Positions 24,550-36,832 of a stretch of 64,000 bases of DNA are shown here, in pieces. The notes beneath the pieces were generated by a model that worked only from the letters and a program-made list of their open reading frames with translations, had not been told where the DNA came from and searched no databases. Every line of letters starts with the position of its first letter. The first letter of the stretch is position 1. This stretch comes from Sarea resinae (lineage: Eukaryota): the NCBI GenBank assembly GCA_026026165.1, contig JAPEUD010000005.1, positions 186,001 through 250,000 of the forward strand, in the 5' to 3' direction. The translations under genes and the position numbers were made by a program.

Positions 24550-25981
24550 ATGTCTTCAGAAGATCCCATTCTCATCATTGGCGCGGGCATTATCGGCTTG
24601 ACACTGGCTCAAGCTCTCCGAAAAGCTTCGATACCTTTCAAGATCTTTGAGCGCGACTCTGAAATCCTCGCTCGTGGCTCAGGATGGGGTATGACAATCC
24701 ACTGGGCCCTCCCAGCTTTTATCGAACTCCTACCACAGGATATCGTCGATCGGTTGCCGGAGACATATGTGAACCCAGAGGCTGTGAATAATGGCGAAAA
24801 GGGCCAATTCATGTTCTACGACTTGAGATCCGGCGAAGAAAGATGGAAGGTCCCACCGAATGATAGGATTCGCGTTAGTAGACAAAGGTTGAGAAACTTG
24901 CTGATGACCGGTGTTGATGTTCAGGTGCGTGGTTGACTCCCGCTTGGCCGTTGTCGTGTCCTAGCTTACCTTCCACAGTGGGGGAAGAGGCTCGAGGATA
25001 CCACTACCACAGCCACCTCGACGACCGCCAAATTCGATGACGGGTCCTCTATCCAGGGCAGCTTGCTTATAGGATGTGACGGCTCGCGCTCTCGAGTCCG
25101 CCAGATTCTCAATCCTTCGGACTTCGACAACTACAAGCTACCTGTTCGTTTACTGGGTGTGAGCGTTCCATACCCCGTTGAAAAAGCGCAGAAGATTCGA
25201 GAATTGGACCCCTATTTTTTGCAAGGTGGAGACCCGAAGACCGATGCTTTCTTTTGGTTTAGTTGTACGTTTAATCTTACGCTCAAGCAGAGAAAAGGGT
25301 ACTGGCTTATTGTGATTTGCAGTCCTCGACACTCCTACCAACAATGACAGAGGCACTGAGACCTACACGTGTCAGATACTCACTTCTTGGCCATACCGAG
25401 CTGGATTTCTTGATCGACCGGAACCAACCGAGATCCCCGAAAAGAATGAGGATCGAGTAAAGCTAATGAAGACAATCACGGCCGGTTGGGCTGAGCCTTT
25501 CAAGTCGATTGTACAGAATATCCCGCTAGATGCAGAGGCGAAAGCTATTAATCTGGAGGACTGGGTGCCCAGAGCCGGACGTTGTATAAATCCAGAGAAG
25601 AATGTACTTCTTATAGGGGACGCAGCACATGCAATGACCATGTGTATGAAAAATCTTAGTCCTGAAAAATATGCCTGTGGCAAATGTGCTGATGATACTC
25701 TAGTCCGTGGCGAAGCTGGCAATCATGGTATAACAGACGTCGAATCTCTTCTTCAACATACTCTGCCAGCCTTGAAAGCGGCTTTCGCTGCAGGATCTTC
25801 GAGCCACGGTTTCGAGGACTTCAAAGCTGCGACTACGGCGTTTGAGCATGAGATGTGTGAACGAACTGCGCGAGGAGTATTGGCTTCGAGACGAGCTTGC
25901 TTGGATGCTCACTCATATCAGTCGATTAATGAGAAGAGCCCCTTGATTGCTCGTAGGGTGGTAAATATTGAGAGCGACTGA
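24550..25981 (+). CDS. FAD-dependent monooxygenase (group A, aromatic hydroxylase-like; 4 exons)
   Basis: GxGxxG (IIGAGIIGL), DG motif (LIGCDGSRSRVR) and GD motif (LIGDAAHAMTMFRGEAGNHGITD). Introns 24925-24978, 25265-25322 and 25644-25703. An alternative in-frame ATG lies at 24538. Confidence 0.9.
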
Positions 25982-26782
25982 TTGATGTTGAGTGCTCCCC
26001 GACTTGTGTCTACGCCCGCTATGACTGCCGCGGACGGCTCCAGCTAGATTCGAGCTCGCAGTTGAGGCACTTCGAACAGCGGGCGAGAAATTCACGGCAT
26101 TCTCTGTCACTTCAAGGTAATTAGGTCGATGCCAGCTATTTATGCCACTTGTCTTGAGGTTTCGTCGTTGTAGGCAAGCATTGCGTTCATATCAAGACCT
26201 CTACCACAACTTTCGCGAGCTATATGGACTTGCCATTGCTATCCCATGAGAAGTATGCCTTGGATACATCGGGGATGCGCGCGCTTTATACTCTATCCGC
26301 TGTTTGTGCGAGCCTCTGCATATATCATTTTCAGAAAATCTATTTGCCTGTCACCAGTCTTACAGGATTTTGACTTGTGTGAAAATGATAAAGTATGCAG
26401 AAAGGCTCGGAATCTCTACGCGTAGGATCATGTGGTGATGGTGGTCCTGGTCACAGTGTGATCAAGATCAGGATCCTGGGTTGCGGTGATGATGGTGGTG
26501 TTGATAGCGTAAGTCGCAGATTCAGTCCGTCCTACGGATATGAAGGGTCGCCAAAGGTGGTCGCATAAGGTAATCCATCTAACGACGTAACTCCGTACTT
26601 TATACGAAGGTACAAAGTACCTTGCCTCATGTTCCAGCTGGAGGTTACCTTCCATCACAAGCAACTCGGGATATCTGTCAACTTGCGCATTCTTCGTTCG
26701 GGAGATGACGCCGATTCTTCTGTATCCATATTGCTGAGGAGCCACCTTTTGGCTTCTTGTGATATTCTGAAGTCCAGCCGGC

Positions 26783-29543
26783 ATGAGGTTGGCGGCTTAC
26801 GCCGGGGTAAGCATCGTCTCGTCATACGTCCAGCTCAAGGCAGTGATTAACAAGCGTTGCTATAGACCTCTACGGCCCTGGCCGCCGGAGTGATCCTTCG
26901 GGCTTTTCATCAGAGAGCGAACTTCTATTCAGCATGTGTCTATCTTTCGCAGAGCAATGCGTGCTTAATGGTGAGTCGAAGATTCATTGGAGATGAGCGT
27001 TCTAACCATCTGCTAGATCCTAACGAATCTCGTTCTCTTGTGCATTGCCGCCCTTATGCGTGGTCTCCAGAGACTGTTCTATGGCCCTCTCCGTCCTATC
27101 GAAATCGAACAGCTCTATGATAAGGCATGGTTTGCTATCACAGAAACATGTCTGGCCATGACCATTTTCCGAGAAGAGGTTGGAGGTTGGTTCCTGGTCA
27201 TGTTCGTTTGTCTTCTGATCGGCAAGGTCTGGGGATGGATTGGTGAGGGGAGGGTCGAGATACTAGAACAACAGCCCCCGGCGAACCCCCGACTATTCCA
27301 TGCCCGCCTATCGTTCTCTCTCTTGCTGTCCATGGCTTTCGACTTGTTTATGCTCAACTACTGCGTTCAAACCGTCCTACGCCAGGCGCGACCTAATATG
27401 ATGGTCATGTTTGCCTTTGAATTCGCCGTTCTGTCGATTCTGTCCTCTTCTACGGCACTTCGATATAGTATCTCGTTGGCCGAGGCTGCGGTAATAAAGC
27501 AACAGACGCACATAATGTTGGAAGAGCGGAGGGCAGAGATTCGGGCAGCTAGGGAAGAGGCCCAACGCCGGGCAGCCAGTGAAGGGGCGTCGGACCAAAC
27601 GACACCAGAATTGCCACGTGAAGAGGACGTAAATGAGATGGACATTGATGTCCCTGGGTGGGAAGAGAAAGGGAGATGGATATTCTATCTTGATCTGGTC
27701 ACAGGTGAGTTGACTCGAAACAGGCAAATAAGGGTGATATTGATCATCGCTAGACTTCTTCAAGCTCGTCATCTATCTCTCATTCTTCTTCATCCTGGTG
27801 ACTTTTTACGGCCTTCCGATACACATAATGCGCGACGTTTTCCTCACAATTCGTTCATTCCATAAGCGTATTAGCGACTTCCTCCGATATCGAAGCGCAA
27901 CGAAGGATATGAACGAGCGGTACCCGGATGCCACTGTGGAAGAGCTGGAGAGGGAAAATACCTGCATCATTTGCCGTGAAGAGATGAGGCCTTGGCAAGC
28001 TAACGAGCCAGCTCCTGGTATTGATGGTGGGGCTCCGGCAAGACGTGCGACTACGGCCATGGATGAACGTCTGAGACCAAAGAAACTGCCTTGTGGACAC
28101 GTTCTACACTTTGGCTGTTTAAGAAGCTGGTTAGAACGACAACAAGTTTGCCCAACTTGCCGACGACCGGTTCTAGACTCGAACCGACCAAGGGTCGTTC
28201 CCGCGAATACACCTGCCGCAAATAATCCCAACAACAGAGATCAGCCTCAGGGAGCTGTGCCGGGTCCAGACGGTGGGCATCCAGGAAACGCTCCCCAAAA
28301 CCAAGCGCGCGTTATGAATCTCGGTCCATTCCGCATCGGATTTGGCATGGGTAGAGGTGATGTTGTCCAGGATCTTGCTCAACGTATGAATATCAATCAA
28401 CCTGTTCAACCTGCACAAGCCGTTGCCCCTGGAACAAGGCAACAAGTTCCAATCGGAGTTTTTCCACCGAATCAAGCAATCAATGGCCAGTATAATCAAG
28501 CTATCGTGCAAGCACAATTGCATCATATTGAACAGCAACTCATGCAAGAACTCAATAGAATGCGACTGGCATCGGAGCAGCTAGTCACTGTTCGCGCCCT
28601 CCAAGGCGAATTAGCCAGGCTACGCATTGCACAAGCGTTTCCAACTAACGGCCCTATAATCCCAAATATAATCAACCCTACCATGCATCAAAATACCACT
28701 CTTTACCAGTATCCACTCCCGCAGGCATATAGTTCCGAACCGCAGAGACCAGCCATGAGCCAAGGCAATCAGAACTTGCCCGAGGGCATAACTCTCCCTC
28801 CTGGCTGGACCCTGATGCCTCTACAAAGAATAGACCAATCGGGAAATCCCAACAATGCGACTGCGGCTCAGACCTCCCCAGTCAACCCTCTCTCACAAAA
28901 TTCCGATCCACTTCCCCGCCCTGCTAGTACTCCGGCAATGAACTCTGCGAGAAACCGACATCCTCACTCTGGATTGAGGACTGCCTCCAGTGCTTCCGGT
29001 GAAACTGGTCCATCGAGTTCAGCCAACGGCCCTTCATCACAGTCACCCTCTGTTCCCGCCTCCAACCCGAGCTTCGTCTGGCAACCTCCTCCGCGGTCTT
29101 CATCCCAAGACGCTCCGGCACGTTCTAGTGCAAGTGCCAATACTATCGCCGTCTCGGTGAATCCAATGAATTTGCCAGCGCCGCGAGCACGGCCGACTGC
29201 GATCTCCTCGTCAACTTCACCGGCCGCGCCGGCACCGGCCCCACCAGCCACGCAAGGGCAGCAGTCGCACCATGACACCAATATAGCATCATCTTCGGCT
29301 GAACGGTCCTATCCTCCTCCTGATGCTGTCCCATCCTGGGGAAGCTCCGCAAGCCAAAATGAAGAGAACAGTGCAGCCGAAAGCGGTCCAAGTCGAGCTG
29401 AATCGGATGAACACGCGCCCACCAAAGTCTTTGGAGAGTCATCAACGGCAGATACGGAAGGGAGTCAGACGAGAGAAAAGGAGAAAGAGAAGGGAAAGGG
29501 GCGTGCTGCGACTGTGGAGGACTTCATCGAGGACGTTGACTGA
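26783..29543 (+). CDS. HRD1: ERAD E3 ubiquitin ligase Hrd1/synoviolin (4 exons)
   Basis: N-terminal TM region ([47 protein letters not shown]) and RING-H2 CIICREE...[27 protein letters not shown]. Introns 26807-26865, 26971-27016 and 27705-27753. Confidence 0.95.
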
Positions 29544-30272
29544 AACCCTGGTGCGGTCGGAGCCTTTTGTTCCTCACCAATTCCACTTTTGGCGGAGGTC
29601 CTTCGCAAGCACGTCGGCGTAGCGGTTCGTATCTGGTCGCTCGAGACAAAGGAGTGTTTTTGTAACAATAACAAAATGCATCATTCAGCACTGCATTGGG
29701 GGTGAACGTGAAGTAGTTTGCTAGGCTGGGAATCGGAGGACTTGCGCAGCTTGGCGTGACAGGCCGAGCCCTACCTTATGTAGCGTGCCATTCTATAGTA
29801 GTAGCTGGAGATTCATTCCATCCATCCATATCAAGTGACTTGTATACCTACCTTGTCGCTATAATCTCCTGAAGGGCTATATTTCTGGCGTCTCGGTGGG
29901 ACAGGCACTCCCATGTTGGATGTCCGGCCCGCAAGATGGGTGGGGTATTGAAGTGATCGGCTCATCTCGGGCAATGGAACAGCTCCAAGGTAGGTGGAGC
30001 AAGGCTGGGTTATGAACTCCATGAACCAGGCACACCTCCTGCGAAGGTACTACAAATGATGATGGTTATAGAAATATACATCGATTAATCCTCTTTCTTC
30101 AGGGGGGTGTGTGTGTGAGTGAGTGTGTGGAATGCGATGCTAATGCCAACGACGAAGTGGTGCAGTCCACACTATCTATATATTCCAAAACGGCCTTTCC
30201 GGCTCGTAAAAAGGTATCATATCATCATCCATCGTCCCTCTATCCTTGAAAACTCCGAAAACTGTGCTGTGT

Positions 30273-31387
30273 CTACCGCGGTGCTGATGCCGCTGCCACT
30301 GATCCGGCCGTTGCATCGCCAAGCTGCCTTCCTTTATCTTTCCCTTTGTCGTAGGGCGACATGGTGCCGTCGCCGGCAAAAAGACCGTTCTTCTCGATGT
30401 ATTCTGCCACCTTGGCGGGGATAAGCCATTTCACAGACATGGATCGTCGGAGCAGAAGACGGATGCGGGTGCTGGAAATATCGTTCTATCAAGGCTATCA
30501 GCAAGGTTGTTGATATAGTAACAGCAGACGGCCAACGTACCTGAACCAATTGCGGGATGACGAATATATTTTCGCTCCATTGCTTTAGGCCTCCGAGAGC
30601 CTGTTCCAAGTCCGTACCCTGTCTTTCCACAACAAAGACGCCGTACTGGCGAAGTATGTGATCCAAGTCCTTATCGGACCAAAGGCCAGGCGTCGACATG
30701 GTTTGTATTAGATCAGCGCCTGCTAAAAGAGCAATGCGCGCGGGTTTGCGTTCATCAGTAGGTGTCTTGATGCCGCCATTGACAATATTTATCTCGTGGT
30801 TGAAGTGATCGAGCACTACGGCAGTGGGCTGGTATTCCTTCTGCAGGGCTTCCCACGGGTCGACCGTAAAGACGTCATCGTAAGAACAGGCAGCCTCGCA
30901 CATTTTGATCCTGCACAAGGGCGTTAGCCACGTAGACCTATCGCACTATGATCTTGGACCCACCGATGATGAGAGGACACCAGGCCAGCTTTGTGGTAGG
31001 TGTCATTGACTGGGGACAGATATCCTGAGCGCAGAAACAGTTAAGACCGTCAAGCCCTTTTAACAGTTAGACAGTGAAGTGAGCTTACCCCCAACAACCT
31101 CGAATTCGGTGTTTAACCTGACATAGTCGCAAGCCATCTCAAACATCCTGGATCGGTCAGTTGAGCCTCTTGAGAGGAGTCACGGCTGCCTACCTCATAT
31201 GTAAGATCGTTGGAGGGGAGAAACTCCCACATGCGACGAGAACCAACGGCGTTTTCGCGCCATCGTGGAGGGCACGCTTGGGGGCAGGAAAAGCGTAGGA
31301 TTCAAGATTGTCCGAGCCAGAGTATGGGGTGTTTGAGGAGGACGGAGAGTTTGAAAAGGAAGTCGAATTCGAGGTGAGTCCGTCCAT
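30273..31387 (-). CDS. NMA1: Nicotinamide/nicotinate mononucleotide adenylyltransferase (5 exons)
   Basis: Motifs LVACGSFSPPTILHMRMFE, GYLSPVND, VDPWEA, LAGADL and NDISSTRIR. Introns 31148-31193, 31025-31088, 30911-30963 and 30486-30540. TAG at 30273-30275. Confidence 0.93.
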
Positions 31388-32176
31388 GGCGGGCGGGGTT
31401 GAGGGGCCAGACCAAGCCCTTTCGACTTCAAGAATGTGACACAGCAGTGTCGGCCGACTAAGGGACTATATACACAGTCTCGACGGGATGCGGGCGGATG
31501 ATAAAGAGTGCACGGGGTGAGTTGACGTCGTGAGAAAGATCTCTGGACGAATTCTGGCAAGGATCTGATGACGTTATCAGCGCAGCCTGCAGTCTGCGAC
31601 CGGATGTCTGCGACCAGACGCCCTGGGACAGAGATGATCTCTTGGATCTCTTCACGGCGAGAGGAGAGCGTTAGAGACTGAAGGATGGACAAAGAGTGAT
31701 ATTGCAATAGTAGAGAGTGCCCGCGCCGACCTAGGCTGGTCGAGGTGGTGCAATTGAGTCCCGAATTCCCTCAACTACTCACTCGTATTACTCAACCCGC
31801 TCCAGAACCGTCCGGCTCGCCCCTCGGTGGGGGGTGGATAAGGCGGGTAGTAAGACCGAGACCTTCCGCAGCAAGCGAGATCACGTTCCGCCGGCCATCA
31901 CAGTCACGTGACTACAAGCTGTGGAATGCAAAATACCCGCGGTCTCAGTACTTCCCAGTACCGATCCGGAGCTCTCCTTATCTGATGGGAGATCCGCCCC
32001 GTCGCCTCCGTCGCCTATCTTCAGGGCGGCTGTCGCGCAATCTAGACCCCTTAGCGACCTTCTTAAGACGATCGGTCGATTCCGTGATGACATCGTCTGA
32101 TCCCTCCAATACCTTGCCTCCTGTCAACTTCAGCATTGACGGCAAAACAAAACTCGTCCGCCGGCAATGTGACAAG

Positions 32177-34016
32177 ATGCTAGGATTAGCCCTTACTGCG
32201 ACGCCTGTCCAGACCGCCACCTATCTCCTCGGAGTCTGCCTCTTCTCTATTTCCTTTCTCGTCTTTCTCAATTCCTCGGTCTCGTTCGTCATCACCGATC
32301 TCATCAAGTCTCATGAAGGGGTGGGTAATGCCGTGGGCACCTTGGGCTTCGCAGATGAATTGGTCGTATTGGCAGCATGTCCCTTTTGGGGGATACTGTC
32401 TGATCGTATAGGAGTCAGGACGGTAAATAAGTCTTAACATCGAGACATCGACTTTCGCTGATGAATTAGGTCTGTGTCCTCGGATATGGCATTGTCGGGA
32501 TTTCACTGTTTGTTTTTGTGCAAGCCAAGAATGTGTATCCACAGCTTCTCCTTGCAAGACTGTTCTTCAGTTTGGGGGCGGCCGCAACGTATGTATGAGC
32601 CACGGCAAGAGTTGACGGAGACTGACACATCGTTCCAGTTCGACAATGGTCACGGCGATCCTCCCTGCCATGACCTTTCGATCTAGTGATTCCAACCCGA
32701 CCGTTCGAAACCGTCCAGGACCTCACGGATCAAACCACATCACTACCCCGTCCTTGTCATCTGAGATCACAATAACACCGGCCAGACTCAGATCTCGGTC
32801 GCCGCCTTCTCCACCAGCGAATGGACAAGGTAAAAGACCATCCCCTCTACGCTTAGCTGGTATCGTAGGGATGTTCACTGGGTGTGGGGCCCTCGTTGCT
32901 CTGCTCCTGTTCCTTCCTCTACCAGCGCGATTTCAGAAGAATGGAGTCTCGGCCGGTCAATCTGTTGCAGACAGCTATTACGTCGTTGGTTCCATTGCAC
33001 TAGCGGTTTCTATATTCTGTTTTGTCGGTCTGCGACGGCTCAAGGGAGAGGAAGAGAAAGGATGGAGGGCTCTTATCGGGAGGCTGAAAAGCGAAGATGT
33101 CCACGACGAAGAGGAAAAAACCCTGCCTTATTGGCGCTTACTCCTTGAAGCTGTCGGTCTTGGTTTCAAGGACCTTGACATTGGCCTTGGCTATCTCGGC
33201 GGCTTCGTGGCTCGCGCTTCTTCCGTGGGAATATCTCTTTTCATACCACTCTTCGTGAACGCATATTTCATATCCTCGGGTCTCTGCAAGGCTGACCCCA
33301 ACGGGGGGTCGGAAGAGATGAAGAGACAGTGCCGACGAGCTTATATCCTGGCCTCGGAACTTACGGGCGTCTCGCAGCTCTTCGCTCTGGTCTCAGCACC
33401 AATCTTTGGCTATCTATCCGATCGGTATCGCCGCGGCAACATCCCCTTCCTGGCATCTTCTCTTCTGGGTATAATCGGGTACATCACCTTTGCGCGTCTC
33501 CGAAGTCCAGAGCCGAGCGGAAACAACGGCACCCCGGCCATCTTCCTCATCGTCGCGCTTATCGGCATCTCCCAAGTCGGCGCCATCGTATGCAGCCTCG
33601 GCCTTCTAGGACGCGGCATCCAGGGCAAGGAAGAAGAAGAAGAAGAAGAACAAGCGAAAGAAGACGAAACACTAGCCGAAGCCGGCGGCGACGGCCAGCC
33701 ACCAGAACCGCCCGAATCGCCGCCTGCACTACGGGACCCCTATCAAGGCCCCGAAGAATCGACGACACTCCTCCCGAAACCCCGCCCGTCTGGCTCCCAG
33801 TCTCTCAGCCACCTCAAGGGATCGATCGCGGGCATCTACTCGCTCGCCGGCGGTGCCGGCATCCTGCTGCTCACCAAGCTCGGCGGCTTCTTGTTCGATA
33901 GGCTGACGCCCGGCGCGCCCTTCTACATGATGGCCATCTTCAACGGCGTCCTGCTCGCCGTGGGGATTGCCTGTGAGGCCGGCGTCGAGATCAGAAGAAG
34001 GCGATTGCATCGTTGA
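32177..34016 (+). CDS. MFS-type transporter, substrate unknown (3 exons)
   Basis: Motif A-like WGILSDRIGVR and FGYLSDRYRRG plus multiple TM segments. Introns 32423-32469 and 32589-32638 restore the frame. The start is uncertain: in-frame ATGs also occur upstream. Confidence 0.85.
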
Positions 34017-34837
34017 TCAGAGCCGGCGAATACGGATCTCTTCACCTTTTTTTTTTGTGTCGGTATCTAGCTGAACCTTTCTCGATTGGCGGCTCGCTCG
34101 TGGGATACATCTCTTGTCTCTTTTTTTCTTTCATTTGCGTCATTGGAGGCGTTTGAGAAAATCATGGAGTTCATTCTTCCGATAGGGCGGGTCAGGCCTT
34201 GCGGCAATTTCTTAGTCTTATCGATCTGGCGCGCGGCCTGTAGGTGCCAGAGTGCCACCATCTACCCTTCTTCGAGGCCCGGGGCCCGCGTATTCGCTAC
34301 TCATAATCATATAGTCATATCTAGTCAGGGATGGGAAGGGGAGGGGGCAAAATTGATAGATGGTTTGATTCGGTTTCTCTCTCTGGTCTCTCTTCCTATA
34401 TCGTATATGATATGACAATGCGTTATATATGAAGTTGTCTCCAATCTATTGAGTCTATGGAAGTAGATAGGTGGATGGGTAGATTCCATCCCAAACCCGA
34501 AACAGACAGGGCTGGATGCGTGGCTACAGAATTTCCCCTCAGGGGAACGAGGGAGATTTGTTCGGGATATTAGAAAAATCGGAGCAGTACCAGAGATCCT
34601 GGAGATGGATGACAAGATGGGAGAGAAAAAGAAGACGAGGAAAAGAACACCGTTGCGCGAGGGAGAGACGGGGACAAAAGGACGGAACAGGGGGATATCC
34701 AAATGAAAATGGGGGGAGATGGCGATAGAGATTATTAGATGGAATGGAATGGAACTGAAATTGAACGGGATGGACTGGCATGCGATGTGATGGGACGCGA
34801 TAAATGGGTGGTTGGTTCTGTGTGCATGAAGATTGAT

Positions 34838-36166
34838 CTAGTCCTCGACCGAGTCGCCTGCCTTGTCTGGGTTGGTGGCCGATTGATCTTGTGTCTTTGA
34901 TACCGTTTCCGTTTGCGTTGGTGTCGGTGTCGGTGCAGCGGGTTTGGCGTCCGTTGCTGACACTGCCTTTTCTGCTGGCGGTTCCGCTGCGGCTGGTGAG
35001 GATGCACCCGCTGGCTCGTCTGTCGCTGGCTCGTCGGCCTTGGTTTCTGTCTCCTTTTCTTCTTTTTCTTCTTCCTTCGGCGTCTCTTCGGGCTTGGCAG
35101 CAACGTCGTCTGCTTTGGTCTCTGGCTTCCCTTCTTCCTTCTTCTCTGCTTCCTTGGCCACTTCGGCAAAGTGCACCCCTGGCTCCGTCTTCTCCGATTT
35201 CTCCGCTTTTTTCTCGGTTGCATCGGGCTTTGTAGCAGCAGCAGCAGCAGCAGCATCACCAGCAGCAGTAGCAATAGCGATACTCTTCCTCTTCTCCTCG
35301 ATGCTAGAACTGACCGTCTCTGGCGCAGAAGTGTTATCCAATGGAGAATTCTCCGCTACGGGGGATTCTGAGGGCTTTTCCTCGGTGGAGGATTCAGATG
35401 TGGCGGGAGCAGTCGCGTCCGTTGTCGTTGGGGTAGCTACTGGAGCAGCAGCGGAGGAAGCGGGTGTGGAAGAAGCAGGAGTAGAGGTCGCAGTACTGGC
35501 ACCACTCTTACCATCCTTGGCTTTCTTGGCGGCCTCAACGCCCGCGGACCGCATAGCTAGTTGTATAGGATCTGGGGCAAGGGTCTTGGGCGTGTTGTCT
35601 TTTGGTAGAGAGGCCGGTGGTGCGGAGGGTTTGGAAGGCGTGATGATCTTGGTTCCCGGCGTAGCGAAGCTGGGTTTCGTGGTTGGGGTAGTGTTTGCGG
35701 ACGAGGACGGGACGGCGGGCACAGGACCAATATTCTCTTTCAGCTCGCCGTACTCGTTCCATTCTTCTATTTCTTCGAGATCCTGCATTGAGGTCTGCGT
35801 TAGTCGATCCGTTTGACGATCTATCCAAGACCAATTCCCATCGAAAACACCACTTTCGTTCATCAACCTCGTCTGCCCCGCCCGACTCAAGAGAAAGGAG
35901 AGGAGAGCACTTACACCGACGACCATGCCCATCTTCACTAAACCCGGTAATTTCCTCTTTCCCGCCCGTCGTCCCCACAACATCCGTGCCTTTTCGTCCG
36001 TAGCGACATCGAGGGCGCGAAATGGGATACGATTCGCCTTCAGGATGGTCTCGAGGCGTGAGGTCGCCGTGATGATGTGTGAAGAGCCGGCGGTGAGTGA
36101 AGTGTAGAGGTAGAGCGTCGGATCGGTGCTGTAAGACGTGCTGGATTTGGGTGTAGTTTCTGCCAT
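34838..36166 (-). CDS. SH3BGR/glutaredoxin-fold N-terminal domain protein with long A/E/P/T/K-rich disordered tail (2 exons)
   Basis: LYLYTSLTAGSSHIITATSRLETILKANRIPFRALDVATDEKARMLWGRRAGKRKLPGLV...VG|DLEEIEEWNEYGELK, with no CxxC. Intron 35783-35914 (GTAAGT...CTAAC...CAG). ATG at 36166. Confidence 0.8.
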   Translation of the reverse strand: MAETTPKSSTSYSTDPTLYLYTSLTAGSSHIITATSRLETILKANRIPFRALDVATDEKARMLWGRRAGKRKLPGLVKMGMVVGVSALLSFLLSRAGQTRLMNESGVFDGNWSWIDRQTDRLTQTSMQDLEEIEEWNEYGELKENIGPVPAVPSSSANTTPTTKPSFATPGTKIITPSKPSAPPASLPKDNTPKTLAPDPIQLAMRSAGVEAAKKAKDGKSGASTATSTPASSTPASSAAAPVATPTTTDATAPATSESSTEEKPSESPVAENSPLDNTSAPETVSSSIEEKRKSIAIATAAGDAAAAAAATKPDATEKKAEKSEKTEPGVHFAEVAKEAEKKEEGKPETKADDVAAKPEETPKEEEKEEKETETKADEPATDEPAGASSPAAAEPPAEKAVSATDAKPAAPTPTPTQTETVSKTQDQSATNPDKAGDSVED

Positions 36167-36714
36167 TGCTGATGTGTGCTTGGGCGTGGCGCGGGGTCTT
36201 CGTAGAGAGGAGCAGGGAGAGGAGCAGTGCCGAAATGATATCCCGGGCTTGGGAATGGAATGGAGGGAGTCTATTGCTTTAGACTTGAAGCTGGAAATTG
36301 GGAACGAGTATGGGAAGAAGAATGGGAGAAGAAGAGCAACGAGACTTGGGAAGGAGGATGGGCTGGATGGTGATGATGATGGCACTCTACTCCAGCTGCC
36401 CTGGCTTGGCTTGTTTGGCTCGATAGGAGATACCTCACTGCAGTAGGTCAGGTATGCTCCACTGCACGCTGGCTGGCGGCTTTGCTGGCGCTGGCAGGCG
36501 GGGCGGAAACTGCCGCGGGCCGTGTGCGGTGACAACGTACGACTGCGCTAAAGCCTCCGATAAGGAAGTATCACGGCGAATCTTCTGGACCCCTCGGCTG
36601 GGACCTGGAATCAAATAACTCTGCATCGACGACCTGAAAGTGAACTATAGTCTTTGGTGATTTGCCAGACCTTTCAAGCACGATGATCGTTCATTGAGAT
36701 CCCTAAATCATACA

Positions 36715-36718
<4 letters not shown>

Positions 36719-36758
<40 letters not shown>
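36719..36758. repeat. (GA)20 microsatellite
   Basis: Perfect dinucleotide run between the permease stop and the SH3BGR-like gene. Confidence 0.95.
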
Positions 36759-36760
<2 letters not shown>

Positions 36761-36832
36761 TCTATTCATTTTTACACCGCGGGGAATACCCAAACCAAAA
36801 TCGCTCAAAAGACCAGACCAGACGTAAAACAA

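Noticed and set aside
27961..28160. Long insertion inside the Hrd1 RING as a novelty
   Set aside because: All eight ligands are present, and a variable loop here is usual in filamentous-fungal Hrd1 to my knowledge.
31195..31707. 170-aa ORF overlapping NMNAT exon 1
   Set aside because: Non-ATG start, alternative frame, no motif.
34944..35816. 290-aa plus-strand ORF
   Set aside because: Antisense shadow of the low-complexity tail of the SH3BGR-like gene.
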